47,712 bases of DNA from an uncultured Gammaproteobacteria bacterium (GTDB taxonomy: Bacteria; Patescibacteriota; Patescibacteriia; Magasanikbacterales; UBA922), in assembly GCA_964418775.1 (NCBI GenBank), contig CAYQNA010000006.1, positions 1 through 47,712 of the forward strand, in the 5' to 3' direction. Below the pieces are notes generated by a model. The model made no database searches. It had not been told where the DNA came from and saw nothing but the letters and a program-made list of their open reading frames with translations. Made by a program: the position numbers and the translations under genes. This document shows positions 1-9,500 of this stretch, piece by piece; positions within the stretch are counted from its first letter, which is position 1; each line of letters opens with the position of its first letter.

Positions 1-134
1 CGCAAAATACCAGCATCAAGCGCACTTGCACCACCTGGCATGGCATCGGCACCAGCCAACATGTCGTCTGGTTCATTTGTAGGAAGATTGCCAGGAACTT
101 GTCCTGGCTTGGCCAACGAATTGTCGTCAAACAT
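1..134 (-). CDS. Partial ORF (first 44 codons, continues past the left edge); low-complexity Pro/Gly/Asp-rich hypothetical protein
   Basis: ATG at 134-132 on the minus strand, open to position 1 (MFDDNSLAKPGQVPGNLPTNEPDDMLAGADAMPGGASALDAGIL...). It begins 15 nt after the stop of the upstream gene. It is below the ORF-track length cutoff and has no clear SD. Confidence 0.25.
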   Translation of the reverse strand, partial: MFDDNSLAKPGQVPGNLPTNEPDDMLAGADAMPGGASALDAGIL

Positions 135-148
135 AGGCGTGTTAAGAC

Positions 149-550
149 TTAGGGTTTGGTGGAGGTTGGAATCCGACCTGGACCAAGTGGGTTGTAACCG
201 TTTAATAACTCATTACCATCCCAAAATGTATCGCCATCGCTGTCTGCTTTTTTAGGGTCAGTTTTGTACTGTTCAATTTCGGCTTTGTCCGAAAGGCCAT
301 CACCATCAGTGTCGTACTCGGCCGGATTAAGGCCTTGGGCCTTTTCCTCTGCATCCAGAATACCATCGCTGTCTGCATCATTTGGGCGACCTTCGGCCAG
401 AGGTTCGTTGCTAACCTCGCCAGTATTTGTGCCCGCATTGCCTGTGTTATCGGCACAGCAGCCGGTAAAATACTTTTGGTACGCCCACCACCCGGCTCCC
501 CCAACGAGAGCCAGGGCTACCACTGTGATGAGAATTTTTTTAACAGACAT
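149..550 (-). CDS. Small membrane-anchored protein with three thrombospondin type-3-like (DxDxDG) calcium-binding repeats
   Basis: ORF track 149..562. The ATG at 550 (MSVKKILITVVALALVGGAGWWAY, one N-terminal TM helix) is preferred over 562. Repeats are DADSDGILDAEE, DTDGDGLSDKAE and DSDGDTFWDGNE. It starts 13 nt after the giant gene's stop. Confidence 0.7.
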   Translation of the reverse strand: MSVKKILITVVALALVGGAGWWAYQKYFTGCCADNTGNAGTNTGEVSNEPLAEGRPNDADSDGILDAEEKAQGLNPAEYDTDGDGLSDKAEIEQYKTDPKKADSDGDTFWDGNELLNGYNPLGPGRIPTSTKP

Positions 551-562
551 AGTATACCACAA

Positions 563-3500
563 TTAGTTTGTAACTTCACATGGTGCTACGCCCGGCATAT
601 TAGCCTTGACGCGACACAGGTCAGTTTCAATGGAACCATTGCCATTGCCCACTGGTGCAATCTTGTATTGACCATTGCCTTGATACACAAAGTTAAACAC
701 GTGCCAGTATGGTGCAAGCGGATTTGCACTACTACCGCCTGCGCCTTTGATTGTGAACGCAAACTTAGGATTTTGATTGTCGTATGGAGGAAGTGGCATC
801 GGTTTGTAGACCGAATACAACGAAGATTGACCGTCGTGGTAATTGTAAACCTCGACAGTGATGTTGCGAGTCGCGGCGTTCGCAATTGTTTGTTGCAAGC
901 CTTTTACATAGAAGGCCACAGCTTTGTGTGAATTTGAACTACCAAGTTGAGCGGTGTTAATAGTCATAGCCTGAACAAATGTCTTATCAAGACCCGTGGC
1001 TTGGTGCATGTACACACCCGAAACTGGATTACACGAACTCTTGCCCATGCCAGTTGGCCACCAATATGGTGCACCACTAATTGTCGTTGTGTTCATAGCA
1101 TTGCACCACACATTGTTGCCATTTTGGTTGTACGAATCCAGGTAGAAGTTGTTTGTGGCCGTGTTAGCGTTATACACACCACCAGCAAACGAGAGGCCGG
1201 CTTTTTGTTCAGCTTCGGTCCAGCGGATAACGACACGGTATGTGTTTGGCGGCACAGCTGGCGAGTAGATAAGCTGAGTATCAACCTGACCAACTTGGCC
1301 AGACACTGGGAAGCTAAACACATCGCCCATTTCTGGATGGTTGGTTAAGTCTGTTTCCAGGCTACCGTCCCCTGCCCAATTTCCAAATGGCGAGGTGGCA
1401 TTCTTGAGACCGCGGTGGTTAAAGAACAAATTGTAATCTGCAGTACACTGTGGATTTGTTTCTAAACCATTAATAAGGTCCGCGCGTTCGAGATTGTCAT
1501 ACCACAGACTCTTGTACAATAACGGTGTTTTGCCACCTTCCACCGTAAAGGTGGCAGGACCAGTCGACACCCGGACAAAGTCATGTATCTTGCTATACCC
1601 AAGGTACTTATACTTCTGACTACCGACGCTAGCAAAGGTTGATACCATGAACCCCTCTTTATCGTAGTTGTCTTTAGTAAATGGCCATGAAGCATCTGGA
1701 CCAACCATAGGGTTAACCACAGAAATACGTGGTACTGGTTTGCCTTCAAATTTGCCACAACTAACGCAACTGTCCGTAAGTACCCGACAGTCAGTGCTAC
1801 ACTGGTACGCACCACGCTGAGTAGACTCACAACTTTTTGTTCGTAAATCAACTGTACCATTTAGAGATGCAAATGGAACCTTAGCCACGCCACCGACAGT
1901 CTCACAGACCTCTGGTGAACCTTCATCGATTTTACTATTGCCGCAGAAATTTGCTGTGTCAACAGTGAGCACATTCTTACAATCGTTCGAGCAGTATTGG
2001 CACGAAACGCCGTAGCCTGGAGTACATGGCTTGCCGTTAGCTGAACCCAAATCACAGGCCTCACCAACGTCTTTTTTGCTATTACCACATTGGCCGACTG
2101 GCGCACTCGATGACTCACTCGAAATTGCACCGTCACAACGCACCCGTAGGCCTGTAAACAGACTGCCCAGTGCACTTTTTTGTTCAGCAAAATGCTGTGC
2201 CATTGTTTTGGAATCTTGACTGCCCGTGCACGAACTAATCATCGTTCCATTTTTAGACTCAACGTCGATCCTTAGACAATTGGATTCATCGAAAACAGCC
2301 CCAGGAATCTTGACTTTCATGGCTCTACAAATATCATCGGGAATTGCGGATGTGCCTACACACGAAGCATTTACAGGTTGACTGTTCTCCATTACAAACA
2401 CATCAACATATGGAGTTTCCTTCGTAGCACCAGGTTTCACAGCCGTGCCAGCCACGGTTTTTGGTTTACCTAAGGCACACATTTTCGCATCTTCTCGCTG
2501 GCATAATGAACTGCAGTTGTCATCATCGGCTGTATTACCATCATCACACTGCTCACCACTCTCTGTCTGTACTAATTTATCACCGCAAAAACCACCAGTC
2601 GCTTTGCAATCGTAAGCACACGAAAAATCTTTGTTAAGATTGTATGATGTACCAATTAAACCTGGTTTAGCAACACAGGAACCCAAATCAGTCGGTGCAT
2701 ATACCACCGCATCGCTTAAATTTGTCCCCAAATCCCATAATTGTGAACTTTGTGGCGCAACACAGTCGCTGTTTGTTTCGCACAGCAAGGTGCTATCTTT
2801 ACTGCAGTACTTGTTGGCGGCCACAATTCTTAGTACATCAGGATTTCCCTTCAGAACAAGGAAATTATTGATATTACTTATCGATGAATCGGTTCCGTAC
2901 TTAAAACGATATTTACTACCATCGAATGACGCGGCTACATGGACATCAGGGACTTTTTCGCAATACTCGGCAGGTTTTTCGAGAGTGCCATTGCCGCAAG
3001 CAATTGCGCTGTAACCAGAGCATTGCTTATTACAGTGTCCGTCTTGGCCATTAACACTGCCTTCATCACACTTTTCACCACCCTCAACCTTGCCATTGCC
3101 ACATTGGCCAGCCGCGACACAAGCAGAGTCAGTCCACTGGCACGACGCACTGCAGGTACGAGTTTTGGTCTCATTTGGTGAGCAACTCACGACGACGCTT
3201 GTGCCTGGCGGGTCACATTGTTCGCCTGGACCAACTGCGCCATCGCCACACTTGGCGCTAAACGGACTGACTTTGGCGTTATTTACGCATTGCTGCCATG
3301 GTGACGAACTGAATTTACTTACATCAATGAATTGGTTCGTGGCCGTATCACTGGTGTTAAAGAATTCGAGCGGAGCATGGAACAAATATTTCCCAGTACT
3401 GCTTACATATTCATACTCATACACACGCGAGACTTTTGGACACGAGAATTCATTGGTGGTGGCATTCCAGCAGGTTTGTCCGTCGGTCGAATCACAACCA

Positions 3501-6500
3501 ACCCAATTGTTAATTGGATCAACTGGCAAACCGCCTACCAAGCCACCCAGCGTACCCCACGATGGCCAGCGGCTCGAAGTGTAGCCAGGGATAAATGTAC
3601 CACTCTTAAGGTCGGCTTTGAAGTTTAAAACTTTATCAACTGTGGCATAGTAAGCGTCTAAGCTGTCCTGAGCCAACTGTACGTCGTGCAAACGTTGCCA
3701 ATCACGGAAGAATTTGGTTTTGGCATTTGAACAAATACCATTCGTCCCACTCATGGCCTGACCAGTGGCGGTAACACACTGCAAGTCAGTTGTACATGGA
3801 ACGCTTGTGATCTTGTTAACATCGGCCGAACGGACACTCAAACCAGCCTTGTCACTAAGACAATACCCGTAGTCCGTTAAGTTAGTATTAAAGCGGAGTG
3901 AAGCCAGTAATTTCTCGAAGACGGTACGCGAAGCAACCTGCGGATTAGCATTGATACTGAACAAATAAATGTTCTGGTAAACATTGGCGCCGGTGTAATT
4001 AAGTGCGCTAATGTAATAATTAGTGCCATCACTCAAGGCTTCATAGCCTGACACTGTCACTGGCTTCATGCTGCCCAATGATTGGAATTTTTCCTGATAC
4101 CATTGTGTCAAACTCTTCACTGCGCCATTAGCATCGGCATCGTTACGGAAGACCTGAATACCAATTACATCGTCATTCTGGTTATTGAAGAACAGGTATT
4201 TTTTGAGTGTATCCAGCGGTACCGGAGGAGTACTTGTGGCTGTGTAGACACTTGGGGCGTTGAAGTATGGCAAGTCATCGGTATCAACACCAGTCTTGCC
4301 AGCATCCGCACAATACATCATGGCAAAATTAAAGTCTTTGTCGCGGAATGGATTACTGCCTGCGGCTGGCCATGGGCGTTCACAGAAGAACGCAACCAAC
4401 TCAAATGGCGCACCAAATACTTGGCCCTGTTGGTTGTTGGTCTCAGACAAATCACGTGTGACCGAAGCCTGAGCCACGGCAGTGATCTGACCCTGAACAT
4501 CTTTGGAAGAAATTGAGTTATCCTGAGTAGTTACATCGGGAATATCAAAGACTGGGGTGCCAATTGGTTTCCATGACCACACCCAATCGTAGGCTGGCGT
4601 TGGCACAATTTGTTGATTGTTTGGAGTACGGCCAATAGCGATAAAGGCGGTGCTTGTGTTTGGTCGCGAGAATGTGTGGCTAGTCGGGAGCACGGCCACT
4701 TCGGACAAACGACAGAGTTCTGCGCCAGTGCGGAAGAACCAAATATCATCAGGAGTAGCCGGGTGGCTGTCTGGTGAACCAACCGAAACACCCGTACTGT
4801 CGGCCACACCGTTTTTACCACCACGAACCCATACACCATAAGTAGCATTAGCGTCGAGCGCCTTGTCAATTGCAAGCGAAACTGTGCTGGTGGCATTTGC
4901 ACCCGCACCAGCATATGCCGTGGTTGGGCTCAGTGCCACACCAGCCGTGCACCATAGGGAGAAACCACTAATTGTATTCTTGTAGTCAGTTGCCACGGCC
5001 CCATCACGGCCAAACAAATTGTGGAAGAATGACTTAATATTTTTCCACAGGCCTTCCCAGAAACCAACTGGAGGAGTATCACCGGCCGAAGTCGCCACAA
5101 AACGCTGCATGTCACTAGTCACATTTAATGTACCTTGTGGACAAGTTGTCGTGTCATTGGTGTAACCACGCACCAACACCACATTGTCCTTCAGACTGTC
5201 TTGACGAATGCGGCGTGGGAATACAGCTTCGATATAAGTATTGCGGCAAGCTGGCTCAGAGTTGGCAAGGCCTGTACCGTCTAATGGGTACTCGCTGGAA
5301 CGCTTGGCACGCAATGCACAGCAGCTACCACTATTCACGCCATATTCATTGCTCTCTGCCGAACCATTTTGTGGACAATCGTTAAACATGCCACTCACTG
5401 GGGCCAGGAATTCCTGGTAACCACATTGCAAACGATAATCGCCCACACCTTTGACTGTTGTAGTCACTAACAATTTTGCCTCAACATCAGTTTCCTGGAA
5501 TGTAGAACTAGCGGACACAGTCCCCTGCCCAACCGCTTCCACAATCTGTGTTGGACCAGCTGCCAAACCTGTGCCATTGGTTACATTTTCGCAACCCTGG
5601 AACTCACCCGTGCCAACCTTGCCGTCACCACACAAAGATTTGGCGCTATATGCTGGCGAAGAGCCGGCCAATGTACAACTACTCGTACACCCCTCTTGAG
5701 TCTTTGGGTCACATTGCTGCACTGGCGTACCACAAGTGTTCTGCCACAAGCACGTATTTGGGTTACAGGTCTTGCTGTCTGCGCCATTCAAACCCGGCTC
5801 ACACATTTCACCATTTTCAATTACATTATTGCCGCAAACTGCGATACTGTTCAAACAAGTAGCCTTGGTCTCGGCACTATCATTGGTGTGAGCTGCACAC
5901 CATGTAGCTGCCAGACTTGTGCCAGCACGCAAACACTGCGAAGTACAGCCGGCGTCGTTCTTAATATCACACGTTTCACCCTTGGTTACTTGGCCATCAC
6001 CACAGTATGATTGACCAGGTTTACTGCTATCAAATGCAGCAATTGGTGCAGAGCCAGTGTGGCCCAAGGTTTTACGTTTAGCCTCGTTATACACGCAGTT
6101 TAAGGCACATTGCGCCTTGCTGCCTTCATCAGCAATATCGCAATCTTCACCTGTGTCAATCTTGGCGTTGCCACACAAGGCCTGGTCTTTTTTGTTTGTA
6201 GTTGAACCAGTTGGCAAGCATGTCAAACTGCAGAATGGTTTAACCCCATAGCCAGTGGTTACATTTGAAACCGAAGCAACTTGCGTATCCAAAGTTTTCC
6301 ATTCATAGCCATAGGCCCATTTGCTGAGTGGTTGACCAGTTTGGCTGCAGGCATTTGGACTGCTGTATGGTTGAGCCGTATAAATTGTGCGCTGACCAAC
6401 AGCGGTCGCGGTAAATGGTTGCGGTGTGACGCGTACACTACCTGGTGCACACGGAGCTGGATTATTTTGCGTACGGAAAGTCCAGGTATACTCAGCCAAA

Positions 6501-9500
6501 CTTTTGCCTAATTTTGGCGGTTGAAGTGCATCCAACGCCTTGATACCACCACCAAGCGTAACTTTGTAATAGGTGTTTGGTTTAAGCAAACGACCCTGAC
6601 GTAACATTAACTCAAGGTGTGATGGAGTCGAAACATCGGTATCAACCGCAAACCAATCAGTAATTGTCACTGCGCTGCTGTCGTTGCAGGCGCCATCGGC
6701 ACTGGCCACACATTCTTTTACAATCCAGGCATTGGTAGCACCAAATGTACTTGTAGCCATTTGACGGTTAAATGTGGCCCACAAATTTGTATTTACGCAC
6801 GACTCAGCGCACGATGGACCCGCTTCTACAACGGCTGGGTCAAGCAAATTAATAAACAGGCTACTTGTGGCAACATAATTAGCCTCGGCATTTAAGCCTA
6901 AATAATCACGTACCTGTGTATCCGACATTGCCCCTGCTTTTATGGCAAATGTATTCCACACGTGTTGTACGTCTTTCTGGGCATCAGTGGTAATCTTCAA
7001 AAAATCAAGTGACTGAGGGAAAACCATATCCTTGGTCGCAGCCACAGAACCATCGGCGCGGTACCAAACTATCGTTTTGCCATCATAAGTCAAAACCGAA
7101 CGTTGTTCGCCAGTAACCGAAGGCACGTGCATTCGACTACACACGTTATCCCCAATCGTATCACCACTAAGCAAGCCTAAACACAGGCCAAATGTTTCGG
7201 CCGAAGAACCAGCCGTGTAATAAAATGCGTACGCATTTTTTTTGCGCAATAAGTTTTTAATCAAAGCATCCGGTTTACCGAGTTTGGCATCGACTATGCG
7301 GTAATTTAATTCTAAAGTAAATGGCTGATTGAAATTTAACAACGGCAATTGTGTGGTAGCAAGACTGACGCCAGTGCTGCCAACAACAGAGTAATCTTTT
7401 TTCGCGTTAAATGCGGCCCAGATATCGATAAAACCATTATTAGCGCCGGCCTTATTTGATTGTGATGTAGCGCTAATAATCGCCTTGTCTGGCACGGTTT
7501 GCTCTTTGGCAATTACTTTAGCGCGACTATCTGTGTACGTTAAACCATACTCAACTCCAGGAGCCATGATGACACCGGCTTTAGCCGTAGGTTCAGCCGC
7601 CCATTTCCAACCCATCCCATCCGCCGACATTACACTACACTCCTGGTCAGTTTTGCCCCACAAGTAGTAATACAATGGGTGTGTTGGGGCCATTGGGTCA
7701 CCGTTGGCTTCAAATGGGAAACTTGGGCTTTGGAGCATGCCCAAATAATTGACTGTATTAGTGATTGGTAAAATGTTGGCACCCGATAATTTACAAGTAT
7801 TATCACTGGTCTTAAAGTCAAAACAATATGCTGTGCCATCCCCACACGGTCGAGTTTTCTGCAATGGAAAACGTTGGGCCTTAGTTTCATTCAAGACCTG
7901 TTTATATTGCAGTGACTGGATCTTGTCACTGAGTTGTACACGGTACCAGGTGTTGGCCTGCATCAGACCTTGACCCGAGGTACGGATAATGAGTACAGCA
8001 CTGTCCAATTGATTTTGTAAACCAAGAACCAAATCTGTATCTTCCGTGGCCTTAGAGCAGTCTGGATTACCGTTGCTAGCCTGCGCACATTTCAGCACTT
8101 TAACACTGGTTGGGCTAATCGTGCTAGCATCCATTGGCGATGTAAACTTAACTGCAATACTGGCATTCGTACACGCCGAACGACCACGAGTAGTTTTTTC
8201 CCATGGAGTTGGCGATGGAAAATCGATTGCCGCACCCGGACTATTCCAGTTTACTTCGTTGCACTGTTCGGCGACACGTGGTAGCTCTGGAATTAGGCCA
8301 GTAGTAAAGCGCCACACATACCCTGCCTCACGCGTTTCGCCCGAACACTGCATGTTTGATGGCTTGAAAACGCCAGCATCTGGACCAACTGTACAGCACT
8401 GGTAACCTGTTATGCCTGGAGATTGTCGACAATCGTTAACTGTATACGTAACACCATTACTAAACGCACTAGTTTTTGAACGAACTTTAATTGGACCGCT
8501 GGTCATAGTCTGGCCCGAACCAGTCACTGGAATCAACGTATTAATTTCGCCATCATTACTGCTCTTAATTACTGAGGTACCGTTAAGTGTGTGCACATCA
8601 GAGTGCAGCCAAGTGTTTAGGTCAGTTGCACTAGAATTTTTTTGCCAAAAATACACTACTGGTGTGTCGGAAAAATTTACCCCCACTAGACGAAGTCCCG
8701 TACTCTCTTTGCCAAGTGGAGCTGGGCCCTGAGCCGGATTTATCGCGCAAATACTTGGTAATGGTGCACCATTCACAATCTGGAGACGAGCCTGACCATC
8801 GGTGCGCTGTTGGTCACCATTGCGGAGCAAAACAAAGTAATCACCAGCTGGTGTGCCATCAGGAATTTCGGCAATTACTTGGTTTGGATTCCAGGTTGTG
8901 CCACAGGCGGCTGGGAATGTGCTAACATTCAAACTACGACACGAAGGGTCAGAGCCCTGAGTAATACAGGTCTGAACTTTTTCTGCACTCGAAGCAATAA
9001 ACACTGTACCCTGAGTACTAAAACCCGAACCTTTGATCGTAATGTAACTGCGTGGCGTGACCGAAGCTGGGTCAATCGCACTAATCACTGGATTCTGTTG
9101 GCCATCAGTTGCTGACTGAACTGTAAACGGTACTGCGTTGCTGGTCTTACCGTCCACAGTCACACTCACCGGTACAACACCAGGTTGCAAATTCAAAGGC
9201 ACACGAGTGTTAATGCTTACATCAATCCAATTTGTGCCCTGAGCCGAAGCTGGACCAAACGCGATCGTTCCATTGCTACCCAAATTTGTACCACCAATTG
9301 TAACTGGTGTAGTCACTGGGGCTTTGCGTGCGCCTTTAATTACTTGAATTGAATTACTACCGACGGTAATTGTCGCATTATCCGTTACACTCACGCCACA
9401 TAACGCTGGGCGAGTTACATTGCTCTTGCGGAACAAACCATCACCACCCGGCTTAGGACCATACTCGTCATCTGAACGGTCAGATTGCGGCGCACTACCA

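Noticed and set aside
563-1900. Possibility that the C-terminus of the giant protein is a diversity-generating retroelement (DGR) target.
   Set aside because: There is no reverse transcriptase, no template-repeat/variable-repeat pair that I could find, and no C-type-lectin-like terminal motif in the window.
7236-7243. A8 homopolymer (T8 on the plus strand) inside the giant gene, and a T7 at 8637..8643; considered as slipped-strand phase-variation switches.
   Set aside because: Tracts of this length are expected by chance in a 10.6-kb moderately AT-rich gene. The frame is intact and there is no evidence of length heterogeneity in a single sequence.
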